Part shown: piece by piece, positions 24,700 to 37,167 of the stretch
Position numbering within the stretch: position 1 is the stretch's first letter
Layout: every line of letters begins with the position of its first letter
Assembly: GCA_964019335.1 (NCBI GenBank)
Contig: OZ025704.1
Location: forward strand, 62,001-126,000
Direction: 5' to 3'
From: Diplonema japonicum
Taxonomy: Eukaryota; Protista; Euglenozoa: Diplonemea
DNA: 64,000 nt
Notes under the pieces: generated by a model
Told to the model about the DNA's origin: nothing
The model's input: only the letters and a program-made list of their open reading frames with translations
Database searches by the model: none
Translations under genes and position numbers: made by a program

Positions 24700-25347
24700 A
24701 TGGACCGGTGCGCGACATTTATATCAATGAAACACAAAGAGGTGGGGGAGGTGAAGGTAAAGCAAGGTGAGGAAGAGCTGCCTGAAGGCGCAGACCCGAC
24801 AGCGAGGTGGGTGTGGGATGCTGCAACGCCGTTTGCAGAATGGCTGTGCGAAAACAAGAAATGTGTAGAAGGGAAAAGAGTTGTGGAGATAGGAGCAGGG
24901 ACGGGACTTGTAGGCATAGCTGCTGCGCTCCTTGGCGCAGAAAGTGTGGTACTGACTGACCTCCCTTCCGAGCTCCCCCTTCTACAAGAGAATGCTGACT
25001 TGAATTCGGCCCCCAACACAACTGTTGCACCATGTGAGTGGGGCAACAAGTCCCATCTCTCCTCCCTCGGCACCTTTGATGTCATTCTCGTCTCCGACTG
25101 CCTCTATGGTAGGGACGATGACACCATCTCTCTCCTCCTCCTAGACACGCTCATTGCCCTGAGCCACCCCACTACTCATGTCTACCTTGCCTATTGTTAC
25201 AGGGAGAATCTTATTATGGATCTTAGCTTTTTTGAAACGGCAGAAGAGACTTACAACAGCACCCAACACGCGCTTCCGAGGAACAAAATCCGGCAAGGAG
25301 TCCAGCCTGAGGATCTCTGGCTACTTGAGTATACCATCCGAGCGTAG
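24700..25347 (+). CDS. METTL21-like protein lysine methyltransferase (Methyltransf_16)
   Basis: WVWDAA, VVEIGAGTGLVGI, LTDL, CEWG, FDVILVSDCLY motifs. Confidence 0.9.
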   Translation: MDRCATFISMKHKEVGEVKVKQGEEELPEGADPTARWVWDAATPFAEWLCENKKCVEGKRVVEIGAGTGLVGIAAALLGAESVVLTDLPSELPLLQENADLNSAPNTTVAPCEWGNKSHLSSLGTFDVILVSDCLYGRDDDTISLLLLDTLIALSHPTTHVYLAYCYRENLIMDLSFFETAEETYNSTQHALPRNKIRQGVQPEDLWLLEYTIRA

Positions 25348-26844
25348 CGGGGGGGGATTTAAAAAAAAAAATCAAGATTTTTTATTTTTATTTTTTTTAT
25401 GTACATAGCCTGCACGTTATACCGATACCAATCGGGTATTTTAATCGGTTCGGGTATTTAAATAGTGCAAAATTGGCCTGGGCACGCCGAGGTCCTCTAT
25501 ACCCCCGCAGATGTCGAGATGGGGTCCAGAAACACGAAATATGATTTTTGGAGACCATGAACATGGGTAACTTAACATCCGAAGCCCACCCCAATTTTGG
25601 CGAATTTTGGGTGCGTTATTTTATGTTATTTTAATCGGTGAAAATTTGGAGAATGAGAAGACGCTGTTTCAAGAATGCAACAAGGGATAGAGACTAAGAG
25701 AGAGCTAGAGGGGTACTTGTGGGTGTTTGGAAGGCATGGCTACCCCCAGAAAGTACTTAGAAGAGATTCCCGAGTCAGGGACTCCAGACGATGCATGAGA
25801 TGCATGAGGGAACAGCGCTTTGTCCGCTGCATCGTAAGCAGAGGGTAAAAGCCTGTTCTTACAACACGAGCAGTCCGTGGTGGCAGGAACGTCTGGAGAC
25901 AAGGACTCTCTTTAGTGCTGGTGCGGATATTCCAGAGAAAGCTAACGAACGCACGAGGATTATTTTCCAGAAAAGTTAGTTTCCCCCTTTTTTAGGGGAC
26001 TGATGTTTCCGACCTCCCAGTGGTGGTTCCTGGGTCATTCTGAAGCCGTACACGTGGGGAAACCTTGACGGGGGTGGAGGCCCACCCTACACGGTTAGCA
26101 TCGCCCTCAAACTGGAGAGTCCCTTATCCCAATAAAAATAGAACAAGGAGGTGGTTTCACCAGGTGGCAAGTAGCCTCTCCGCGGCCTTGTGCCAGTGAA
26201 GCAAGCCTCCCACAACTCCCCAGTTGGTGTTTAATTGCTTCTGTGGCTCCTCCCTTTTTGAAAAGCCTTCTTTACCTCTCCGCTTTTACTTACTACGGGA
26301 CCACAGGGGACTTGGGAGGCTTCGGGGCGAAGTTTCACAAGGGTGGCCGCTGTGTCACGTACCGCATGGCACTAAAATTGAGACTACCTTTTTACCAGTT
26401 TCCCTCCCTTCATGTTTAAATTTTAACTAGGAGCGACATCAAAAGTCAATAAAATTAAAATGGGAGGCGAGCATTGAAACCATACTCATTACAACCCTTC
26501 TATTCGTCTCCCGGGGGCCCCAGATACACAAAGCCGACCCACTAGAGTATCGAAACGACGAAAAGGATTATTTTCCCGAAAAGCTGTTGAACACATTCTT
26601 TCTGGACGGATTCATATCATACATGGGGTTTTTTTTTTTTGCCTGAAATATGGGTAGAGAATCGACCCTGACCAATATTGATTAAGTCCGAAAACCCAAT
26701 TTTCTGCATTTAAAGCCTTAAATAGGGCTCTATTTTGGGTTTTGGAGGTCGGAATGGGCTCAGATCGTCAAAATAGGGTTTTTGAAAAAAAAAAAATTGA
26801 AAATGGTCTTGGTAAAAATATTGGCAACATCGATCATCCATTGA

Positions 26845-26975
26845 ATAAAATAACGTTATTCCGAATAAAATAACGTTATTTTAATATTTCACAGGTTAAA
26901 ATAACGTTATTTTAATATTTGCCCGAATTAAATAACGTTATTTTAATATTTCACCGATTAAAATAACGTTATTTA
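26845..26975. repeat. Five copies of palindromic AATAACGTTATT at 20-30 bp spacing (subterminal repeats)
   Basis: Directly visible; a further AAAATAACG follows the nested insertion at about 27761. Confidence 0.85.
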
Positions 26976-26984
26976 ATTCGATAT

Positions 26985-27752
26985 GAGCTCGTCCGGACGA
27001 AAATGTCAACACTTTTTTGGGCACCTCCGAAAATTTCTTGTTTTGATTATTTGAGCAAAAAAAGGGCAGCATGCAACCATAGGAAGATGACATATATGGT
27101 GTACATGATGCCGTTCTTTCAATTGCGATGCTTGTTTTGCCATGAGGGTGGCAGGCTTTGCAACCGGCTGCCCCCGGGAAGCGAAAAATAGAGGTCAGAA
27201 AAACGGCGAAAAATGTTTAAAAAGCAATTTTATTGCTTAAAATGCAGCACCTAGGGTGCATAAAATTGGTGATCAAGCGCACTTGTGACCCCTGGGTACA
27301 ACCCAGGGTCGGGTTACTGTTAAAAGTACTTAGCGAAAAATATATGGCGCCGCATAGCCCCCAAAAATAAAGGGTAAGTTCTCCCCACCCCATTTTAATA
27401 GTGATTTAGAGTCCAGCCCACCCAAAATGACCCCAAAGGTTTCACAGATTTTCAGTCTGCGTCCATTCCTCCTGTCACTTTTCACGGAAAAACGAAAATA
27501 AAAAATGGAGTCTGGGTTATTTGTAACTTCCAAATTGAATCGTTTGCCAAAAACCATTCTAAAAAACATGTTTTTGCACGTGCGTTTTACAAATAAAACA
27601 AACGGCGAGCATTTTGACCTATATGGTGATCAAGCTTAGACTGCATTTCTGCACACAAAGTGGTGTCGGACTACTTTTTTACTTAGAAATTTAACGGGGG
27701 TTTTCCGCCGCATAGGAGGGTCATTTGTTGACATCTTTTTCCGGACGAGCTC
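26985..27752. mobile_element. Non-autonomous Sola2-like derivative (768 bp)
   Basis: GAGCTCGTCCGGA...TCCGGACGAGCTC TIRs; ATAT TSD (26981-26984, 27753-27756); about 360 bp left and 205 bp right ends closely match the 11065-14332 element. Confidence 0.9.
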
Positions 27753-27973
27753 ATATCGTTAAAATAACGGGTACGTAACAAGATTATGGGCCCTTTTTTG
27801 CGTTATGGTATTTGATACCGGGTATTTTAAAAATATCAATTTGATAACGTTATGCTTGCGTTATAACGTGCAGGCTATGTATGTAATGAAAAAAAAAAAA
27901 AAAAAAAATCCAAAGCCCCAGGCGGGGGAGGGGAGGAAGTGAGAGGAGAAGGGGAAAAGAAGAAAAAAAAAAA

Positions 27974-30900
27974 ATGAAACGAAGAATAAAAAATCTCATT
28001 CAAAAAGCGGAGAAGCGTGTAGAAGATGAGTTTAAATTCCTGGAAGGGGACACCGTGAGGTTCGGGTGCGATGCGACGCAGAAGGGGCAGCTGGTGTGGG
28101 TGGCCGTAACGGACAAGTTCTTCAGGGTGATGGACTACGCGAGCCACACTGTTTGTTTTGAGTTTGTCAGCATCGAAGACATCGAGGTGGTACTTGAGTC
28201 CACCTCAGGGCCTCTCTTGGGGATCAAGAAGAAAGGGGACTCTGCCGATCCCAGCATCACTGTGTCCAACCCACAGATGCGTGACCAGCTCTTAGGCCAT
28301 CTGTGTAGTGCGTATTTTTCCATCTGCGGCAAGGATTTGTTCCTGTGCTGTTTTGAAGAGGATATTTCGAAGTATTTGAGGACAGCCCCTGCGGACCCTC
28401 CTATCTTCATCCCACTCCCCCACACCGTTCATGACCATCTCCATCTTGCAAGGAACCCTTCTGTCAAGAACAAGCTCATGCAGCATGGTGACGGGTGTGT
28501 CCACTTCACCGACCGCATCTGCGAACTTGCCTCAGCGTCGCCTTCCTCTGATGTCATGGCGACCAAGGTGGTGATCCTGTCTGACGTTGCCTTCTACCTC
28601 ACAGACAAGGTGGGCAAGGTCGAGTTCCGCATGGACCTGGATGAGGTGCTTTCGGTAACCACGCCCACTGACGACTCCTCTGTCCTTGTTGTGGAGCTGC
28701 TCGGTAAGGGTACGCCTTTCGTCTTCCGCTCCCGCTTTGCCTCAGAACTCAAATCCGAGTTCAGTGCCCTCTGCAACGCCGTCGCTGGCCCTAAGCAGCA
28801 GGAACACATCTCACCCGCGCGTTCCCCTTCCCTCGAGGCGATTCCAGCACCGAAGTCCGAGTTGCACGACATCCTGCCCACCACCCTTCCTGCCTCCCGC
28901 CCCACCATCACTGTCATGTCCCCGCAGCGCATTAAATCGCCTTCAAAGTCCGCGTCGCGATCCCGGTCACGTTCCCACTCCCCATCTGCGCCTCTTTCTC
29001 CATCTTCCCTCCGTGCGTCTTCTGTGCAGTCGGCTGCTGACCAGCAGCTGCAGGTCGCGAAAGCCGAGCTCGACATAGCAGAGCAGGTCGTCGCGGAGCG
29101 AGTTCGCCAGCAGCAACAACAGCAGCAGCAACAACAACAACAGAAGCTGGAACAACAACAACAACTGGAACAGCAAGAACTTGAGCGACGGCAACAGGAA
29201 CAGCGACTCCTAGAGCTAGAGATAGAGCGGCAAAATGAACAGCAGCAACGCGACAAGGAACGAGAACAACAATGGGAGCGGCAGCGGGAGCAGCACGTGC
29301 CCAACGATACCCTGTCCCCCGAGACCAACACGGTCCTGCGTGTACTTGAAGACTCTCTTCGCCAGCCGGCATTCGATGCAGTCTCGGAGTGCACAGCTGC
29401 TATCGAGGTTGACCCGCAGAACCGTTACAGGCAGCTAGCAGGCAAACTGAGCAGCCCAACGCCATCCCCTCGGCAGAATATGCCATTCCACGTTGCGGCA
29501 CTGCCCCTACCCACCTCACCAGCAGACCCTGTCGGGCACTGCAGTGCCAGGTCTCTCTCCCCTGTCGCCAGGATATGGCCCTTGCCCGATGCGGTACCGC
29601 CACCCACCACACGTTCGGCAAGCATCCCCCACTGGTCCCCTTCCATGGCCACCCCCAGAGTGAGCGTGCGCCAGCATTCCCCTCCTGGGACCATACTCTC
29701 AGCACCTGCACAGCGGATCTATGGCAGCACAGAGGAGGAGCTCGCTTCCGCCAAGCAACAACTGGACGCCAAAAATGCAGAGCTCGCTGACACCACAGCA
29801 AGGCTGAGGGCGTTCATCGAGGCGAACGAGGAACTGCGTGCAGCACTGGTGCAGAACTCGCCTGGCACGGAGGTGTCTCAAGTTGACCTTCCAAACGAAG
29901 TAGAAGAACTCCAGGCGCTGCTGTCCTTGCGTGAAGCAGAGATAGAAGACCTGAAGACAGTTGCGAGCGAAAAAAAGACCGTCCGCGGGAAGGTCATACA
30001 GAAGCGGCCCACACGCTTGGAGGGTCAGCTGGCTACGAAGACACGATTGGCGGAGGGTGCCGTCGCTTATTCGAAACTGTTAGAAAAAAAACTCAATTCC
30101 ATAGCGGCGAAGAAGTTGGAGTCACGTGTGACGATGCTTGAGAAGCTGCTGCAGGATGTGCACGCCGATGAGCCCACTGTGGACTCGATACTACCGGCAG
30201 GTGAAATAGAGGTCAGAAAGCAGCTGGCGTTGAGGGAGTACGAGCTGAGCGATGGGCGCCGGGTGATGGAGCAAATGAGGGCTGACATGCTGCGGTTGCG
30301 ACAGCAGCGCGACCTCGTCAAGCAGCAGGGCAACAAGATCGCGCAAGACGTTGTGGAGAAGGCGAAGTCCAAAGCTGAAGACTTGGCGTTGGACGCAAGC
30401 ACGGCAAGGCTGAACCTTGCTGAGGCCGTCAACGCTGTGGAGAAGCTGCAGCACGAGATGAACAAGAAAACGGAAGACATGGAACGTCTGTTGTTGGAGA
30501 AGGAAAGGGATTACATGCAACAGGAGAGCGAGTTGCGCAAGATTTATGAAGACAGGCTGACAAGGGCCGAGGAACGTACACAAGAATACGAAAGGAAGTT
30601 GGCGAGGAGCCAGTCATCGCTGCTCCAAGAACTTCACAGCAAAGAGCAAGAGCTGCAATTCATGCTGAATCAGCGGCAGGGCGAGTACGCTGGGCAGACT
30701 GGTGTCCTCAACGAGCTCAAAGTAGAGCGCACTAAGAATGAGCAACTGAGGTCTGACCTGAAGATCTCCAACATGCAGCTCGAAGCACTGTGCATTGAGC
30801 AGGCAAAGGCGGCAGCGCTCTCAAGCGCCATGCCGCAGATGCTGCAAAAGGAGAACATCTTCAAAAACTGCAACACGGAAACCAATTCAAGAATGCTGCA

Positions 30901-32601
30901 GAAGATAGGAGAGCTCGAAGACAAGCTGTCTGCCCGCGAGGCTATAATAAAGGAGCTCAAATTGGAGCTAAGCAAACCGGCGGTAGCTCAATACCAGACC
31001 ACAGGGCACGAGGCGGGGCAAGCCACTGCAGTGTCGCCAATGGCTGCCCTGAGGCATCTGAAGGAACAAGAGACGGCTGTGTTCTCTCTTGCGGAAGAGA
31101 ACAGGAAGTTACACAGTAAGGTATGCCACATGTAAATCGTAAACATATGACAACAGGCGGAGAGCTTGGAAGGGCAACTTCAACTTGCGGAGCGGAAAGT
31201 CGCATCAATGACAGAGACGATGGAGTCGGGCAAAAGGATGAACGCTGTGGCTGTCGCAAAGGTATGCCGAGCAGTGCGTGACAACACATTTTACAGATCG
31301 AGAACGAGGTGAACGAGTACAAGGAGCGGGCGTTGCAGGCCACAGCACGCCTCGAGGCACGCACCAAGGCGGCAGAGACGGCAGCCTACCTCTCGCACGA
31401 CGTGGCCTACAAGCTGAACCACATCCCAGAGACAGACGACATGCTAAAAGAAGAGCTGCTCAAGGGGAAGTCTCAGCTGCTTAGGCTGCAGGATACATCT
31501 GAGAAGGAAAGCAAGCAGCTGAAGGAAGCCAGTAAACAGGTGAAGACTCAAAATAAGCAACTCAACGAAGTGAAGTTGGAGTTGGAAGCAAAACACAACA
31601 GTCTGCAAGCCACCGAGGAGGAACTCAAGCGGCTTCGCAGCCGGAACAACGAACTTCGAGAGGCTTACGAAACTGCGCGGAGTCAGGCACACGGTGGGGA
31701 GAGCAAAGTGATGATGCTGATGGGGGAGATCGAGAGGCTGGAAGGGATGAACGACGTTGCGAGGGTGAAAGAACTGGAGCGGCAACTGTTAAGAGCAACC
31801 TCGCAGTTTAAAGAGCTTGAGGAATATGCTGACAACCAAAGAGAGCAGTGGGACGCACAGAAGAGAGCGTACAAGCAGGAAACCGTGCATGTTGAAGCTG
31901 TCCTGAAGGAGAAGGAAAGCTTGCAGGAGGACTTGGATGCTTTGAGGACCGAGCTGCAGGAGAGGGAGAAGAGCTGGAGAATCGAACAGCAAGAGGCAAT
32001 CAAAAGTGCGATAGAGAAAGCTGCCGAGGAGCTTCAAGTGAGGGAGAGCAAACTTCCCACCTCCACAGCCAGAAGCGAGAGATCCGAGCGGTCGCATAGT
32101 GCATCACCCGCCAGTGACAGGTTAGAGCAGGTCAAGATGTCACTGCAGCAGAACAGCATGCTAGACGAGTCTAGAGTCAACAGGTGCATGGACAAGATCT
32201 ACACTGCCCTGCAGCCGCAGGAAAGCCACGCTATGCAGAGCAGTGGGGGTAGTGGTGGCAGCGGCGGGGGTGGTGGTGTGCGTGAGAAGAAGCCAAGACA
32301 GCAACCCCGACCTCCTGTCGCCAGTGGCTACGCTCAAAAGCATGTCCAGTCGAGGATGACACGCCCCAATACGACCTCAGCTTCAGTTCCAGCTTTGTCT
32401 TCCACACCCCAGCAGAAGGCCGCCCCTTCCCTGCAGCCCACGGCACTTTTCACCCCGGCTGCCGAGCCTCCTTCTCCTAAGAAGTCTGGCGAGGTGTGTT
32501 TTTTATTATTATTGATTTTGTATAATTTATACTCCCCACAGACCGCAGCGTTGTACGCAAAGCTTGGCATCAGCGAACTTGCCCCATACGCTGCAACATA
32601 A
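27974..32601 (+). CDS. Large protein with N-terminal PH/myosin-TH1-like modules, poly-Q and long coiled coil; join(27974..31120,31157..31261,31297..32493,32542..32601)
   Basis: Long ORFs joined in frame by 36-, 35- and 48-nt GT-AG introns; E/K/L/Q heptad composition. Domain names tentative. Confidence 0.8.
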
Positions 32602-32909
32602 CACAAAAGGGTGTGGTGGTGGTGGTCATGTGGCGGGAGGGGTTAGACATAGATTATTTGTGTGTTTGTTTTTTTCTTTTTTCTTTTTTTTTTTCCCTCC
32701 CTTCATTGTCGCGTCACACCAATCCACACACTTTTTTTTTTTAGATGTTAAAAAAGAAAAAAAGAAGAAAAAGAAAAGTTAGAAGTACGTATTTTCCCCT
32801 TTCATTTTTTTTTAGTTTTCCCTTCGCCCCCCCCCCCCCCCCCCCCCTCAGACAACTATTTTAACAGGACACCAAAAGAGGAGAGAAAAAAAAAGGGGGT
32901 AAAAAAAAA

Positions 32910-33809
32910 ATGCGTATTCTTATTGAGACCGACGGTGAGCAGGTGGCGACGAAGGCGTCAGAGCATATCATTGAGGTACTTCGTAAACAAAACAAAAAAA
33001 AAAAAAAAAAACAGAGAATCAATGCGTTTGGGCCGACAGAAGCAAGGCCTTTTGTGTTGGGGCTGCCTACTGGGGGGACGCCTGTGAAAACGTACCAAAA
33101 GCTGATCCAAGCACACCGGGCAGGGAGGATCTGCTTCAAAAACGTGGTGACGTTTAACATGGACGAGTACGTGGACCTTGCCAAGGAGCACCCTGAGAGC
33201 TACCACAGCTTCATGTGGAACAACTTTTTCAGCTTTGTGAATGTGAAGAAGGAGAACGTCAACATCCTGAACGGCAACGCGGAGGACCTCGAAGCAGAAT
33301 GCCAGCGGTACGAAGAGAAGATAAAGTCCTGTGGTGGAATTGACCTCTTCATGGGCGGGCTTGGGAGCGACGGGCACATCGCTTTCAACGAACCAGGTTC
33401 CAGTCTTTCCAGCAAAACCCGTGTAAAATCTTTGAACAGAGAAACCATTGAGTCAAACGCCAGGTTCTTCGACAATGACCCGAGCAAAGTCCCTACCATG
33501 GCGCTCACTGTTGGCATTCAGACAATTTTGGACTCCAAAGAAGTTCTTTTCCTTGTTACTGGTGCTGCCAAGGCCAAGGCACTCAGCATGTGTATTGAAG
33601 GGTCTGTGTCTCACATGTGGACGGGCTCGGCGCTGCAGATGCACCCCAAGGCTACTATCGTGGCTGATGAGGCTGCCACTGCTGAGCTGATGGTGCGAAC
33701 AGTGAATTACTTCCGCGATCTGCAAAAATCGGAACAAGACCTGAGGAAGAGACAGGTGTGCAGAAGGCTACAGAATGGCGATGCCCCGCCGGCAAAGCGC
33801 CAGAAATAA
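32910..33809 (+). CDS. nagB: Glucosamine-6-phosphate deaminase; join(32910..32975,33015..33809)
   Basis: [49 protein letters not shown]; a 39-nt poly(A) intron explains the KKKKK insert. Confidence 0.96.
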   Translation: MRILIETDGEQVATKASEHIIEVLRKQNKKKKKKQRINAFGPTEARPFVLGLPTGGTPVKTYQKLIQAHRAGRICFKNVVTFNMDEYVDLAKEHPESYHSFMWNNFFSFVNVKKENVNILNGNAEDLEAECQRYEEKIKSCGGIDLFMGGLGSDGHIAFNEPGSSLSSKTRVKSLNRETIESNARFFDNDPSKVPTMALTVGIQTILDSKEVLFLVTGAAKAKALSMCIEGSVSHMWTGSALQMHPKATIVADEAATAELMVRTVNYFRDLQKSEQDLRKRQVCRRLQNGDAPPAKRQK

Positions 33810-34322
33810 AAAAAAAAAAATTCCCCCTCCCATCAGGACCGCAAATCGAAGCTCTAATAAGAAGGGGAAGAAGGTTTTTTTTTTTGATTTTTTTTGTTTT
33901 CGTGCGTATCCCATCTTTTTGTCCCCTCCCCTCCCTTTTTTTTTTTACCCTTCTTCCTTTCTTCTTTCATTCCCCACCCTTCCCCTTGCCCAAATTTCTC
34001 TCGGTTCTCAATTTTCTTAGAAAAGAATGGGAAGGAGAACAGGGAAGGGGGGGTTTTTTTTTGCGGCGGGGAGAAAGAAAGAAAAGCGAACAAACAAAAA
34101 AAAAAATGTCCCCCTCCAAAAGAAAAAAAAAGATGGTATTTATTTGAAAACCCCCCCACTCTACTTATGGGAAGAAGTCTTCACTGGGCTGTTCCTTCCC
34201 CACCCCTCACCCCCCACCCCCGTTCTCATTTCTGCTTCTTTTTTTTTTGTGGGGAGTTTAAAAAAAAAATAAGAAGAAAAATAAAACGACGAATTAGTAA
34301 AGGGAAGAAAAAAAAAAAGAAA

Positions 34323-35261
34323 ATGAAATGCACGGAATGCCAGTGTGTGAGATATGTCCCAGATGAAGATCTTGTGATGGATGATTGGAAACTTAACCTG
34401 AAAGAAAGTGAATGGTGCGCGGATTTTTTCGAAGATTTCGAAAAGTGCGCATCATGCACTCACGCGCCACGCGCACACGGCACACCAGCCTGCGAGGCAC
34501 GGGTGGTATCAGCCGCCCATCTTACCGATTATGAAGAATCTGCTGAAACCTATTTCGTCAAACAGGTCAATCTTGGAGACACCACACCAACCATCTTCCT
34601 AAAATGCATGAATGAGACAAACTTCACCCACGTGGGCCTCCAGCTGTGGAGATGTTCGGTAGTCATGGCGGAGTACATACTATCAAACAAGCATCTCATC
34701 ACCAATGGCATACTGTGGGAAGTTGGTGCCGGTGTTGGCCTCCCCAGCCTCGCTGCCTCGAAAACTGGCCACACGGTGTGGTGCACCGACATGCAACAGG
34801 CGGTACTGAATAACTTAAAGGAAGAAATGGAGTTGAATAATATTTCAAGAGGTTTTTTCAAGGTGAAAAAATTTGATTTTACAGATTTGTCTATCGGGCA
34901 AGCGACTGCCACGGGCTGCATAGGCTGGGAGGAGGGTGATGAGGACGCTGCTATATCGTGTATTATGTGCTCCGATGTCATCTTCAGTGAGGAGGTGACG
35001 CTGCTGTTTCTTAAGTTTCTTCAAACCCACTTCTGCGGGGCGCGCCCTGCGCCTTGCTGTATCCTCTCTTACGATAGGCGTGCGGGGCAGCGTATCACTG
35101 CAGGTACTCCGCCTTGCGATTTCTTCTTCTCCTCTCTTCCTAGCTACAACCTGCACCACACCGACATACCCCTCTCCACTGTTCCCCAGCTCTGCACATC
35201 CATCCCCCGGTCTCTTGACGTGGGGCTTGTAAAGATCACCCCGGCAACGGATGTTCCATGA
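34323..35261 (+). CDS. METTL22-like protein methyltransferase with Cys/His-rich N-terminus
   Basis: HVGLQLWRCS, WEVGAGVGLPSL, CTD, CSDVIFS; ATG after A-tract at 34323. Confidence 0.82.
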   Translation: MKCTECQCVRYVPDEDLVMDDWKLNLKESEWCADFFEDFEKCASCTHAPRAHGTPACEARVVSAAHLTDYEESAETYFVKQVNLGDTTPTIFLKCMNETNFTHVGLQLWRCSVVMAEYILSNKHLITNGILWEVGAGVGLPSLAASKTGHTVWCTDMQQAVLNNLKEEMELNNISRGFFKVKKFDFTDLSIGQATATGCIGWEEGDEDAAISCIMCSDVIFSEEVTLLFLKFLQTHFCGARPAPCCILSYDRRAGQRITAGTPPCDFFFSSLPSYNLHHTDIPLSTVPQLCTSIPRSLDVGLVKITPATDVP

Positions 35262-35477
35262 GAATGGATGTTACACTTAATTTGTAAAGGAGGGGAGTGC
35301 GAGTACCTTTTTGTTTTAATTCTTTTTTTTATATTTTTACGCGGTAAATATTAAAGTATCGTCAAAAGGAACAGAAAGAAAAAAAGAAGAAGAGGCAAAA
35401 AAAAAAAAAAGGGAAAAAAAAAAAGAAAAAAAAGAAAGAAACCTACACAACACACACCGCGATCAGATCTGCTGGAC

Positions 35478-36639
35478 ATGACGTACTTTGCAACACGCGC
35501 ACCTTCGCCTCATTGGTACGGAGACAAGAGCAAAGAAAAAAAAAAAAGAAAGAAAAAAAAAAAAACCACAGGGATGTGTACAGGAGGTCCTACGGCTCGA
35601 TGCTAACAAGCCCCATGGTGGGTAGGTCGGACAGTGATTTTGAGTATGAAGAGAGAGAGGCAAAAAAAAAAAAAAAAAAAAAAAAAAACCCCTCAGACGA
35701 AAGTGGAAAACACCCGAGGCACAAATGTCGACCCCTGTGAGCTATGCAGAAGGGAGCTCCGGGAGGTACACGCCAAGGGGGGACCAAAGCCATCAGAGGC
35801 CAGGGTCCCCCACATGGGCGGACAGATACACGCAGAGCGAGACAATGAGGTACCAAAGGGAGAGCGACATCCCGTCACCGGTGGTCCCGAGCGTGGGAAG
35901 GTACACACGGCAGGTCACAACTCCAAGAGACAGGGAAAGGGAAAGGGAAAGGGTCGATAGAACACTGACGTACGAAAGCCCACGCAGCAGCCTGCCGACC
36001 GCACACCGCCCGTCATCGCTCATCCCACCGCAGAACCACAACGATTACGGGAAATACGTTCTGGTCCTCGATTTGGACGAAACACTTGTCTACGCTAGGT
36101 GTGGGCCTGTTACAAAACGACCGGGCGCGTCAGAAATGCTGCAATTCATCAACAATGCCTTCGAGACGGTTTTGTGGACAGCAGGGGAGCGAGGCTATGC
36201 AATGGGCGCCATCAGACAGCTAGACACAACAAACACCATCAAACACCATGTATGCAGGGACGGAAGGTGGTTCAAAGGCGAGCAGACGTGCGTAAAGGAC
36301 CTCCGTTTACTGGCGAGAGACATGTCCAAGTGCCTTATAATAGAGAACACACCTGACTGCGTGAGAGGCAACCCCGACCATGCCATCATCGTGCCTGACT
36401 ACCTCGGGGGGAGTGATGCATCACCTGTGATGGCCACGCTGCAAAGGATTCTCGGCGACCTTGCCCGTTCCCGTCTCACCGTACCGGAGTTCCTCTCGCA
36501 GTGCCGTTACCTTCAAAGAAGGCATCTTCAGAGTTCCACAGGTGAGCTTATTCTTACATACACCCTTGCCTCGTGTTCTTACCGTCCTCCTGCCCCGCAG
36601 CAGCCTACGTATAGATACGAATTTTCCTCCAGGTACTGA
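35478..36639 (+). CDS. SCP/FCP1-like (NIF family) HAD phosphatase; join(35478..35515,35572..35643,35697..36639)
   Basis: LVLDLDETLV, KRPG, LWTAG, VKDLRLL, IIENTP; two upstream micro-exons join in frame via 56- and 53-nt poly(A) introns. Confidence 0.88.
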
Positions 36640-36773
36640 ACGGGGTGGAGGAGGAAGGGCCTGGTTTCGTTTACATTCTTTTGTTTGTTTGTTTTGTTTG
36701 TACTTTTTTTTTTTGAGGGGTGAGGGGGGACAAGGGATTTACCAACATTGTAACCTGTTATGGTAGCCGGTTA

Positions 36774-36807
<34 letters not shown>

Positions 36808-37117
36808 AATGTGGGGGAGGAAACCACTGTACATAAAGAAAACAAAACAAAAGAAATGGGGATCCTCTTCTTCTCTGGTCGGCGGCTTCAATGTCTTTCC
36901 TGAAATCCGGAAATGCTTTTTTATTCTCTCTCTCTTTTTTTTTCTTTTTTTTTTTTTTTTTGCCCTTCTACTACTTTACCAAGTGTGGCGGGTGCAAGCA
37001 TCTCTACAAAAAAGAAAATGTAAACTGTACGACCTAAGGTATATGCGAAAAAGGGGCTGTAACCCTTCCCCCCCTCCCTCTCTTTTCTCCCTTACTCACT
37101 GTATTCTTTTCCTCAGC

Positions 37118-37167
<50 letters not shown>

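Larger units (their letters stand above)
25404..27879. mobile_element. Non-autonomous TIR element with 18-bp perfect TIRs and a 6-bp flanking duplication; contains the nested Sola2 derivative
   Basis: CATAGCCTGCACGTTATA (25404-25421) and TATAACGTGCAGGCTATG (27862-27879); TATGTA at 25398-25403 and 27880-27885; no intact transposase seen. Confidence 0.8.

Noticed and set aside
33756-33773. Possible 18-nt GT-AG intron in the nagB tail
   Set aside because: In frame, far shorter than the other introns and not needed to restore the protein.
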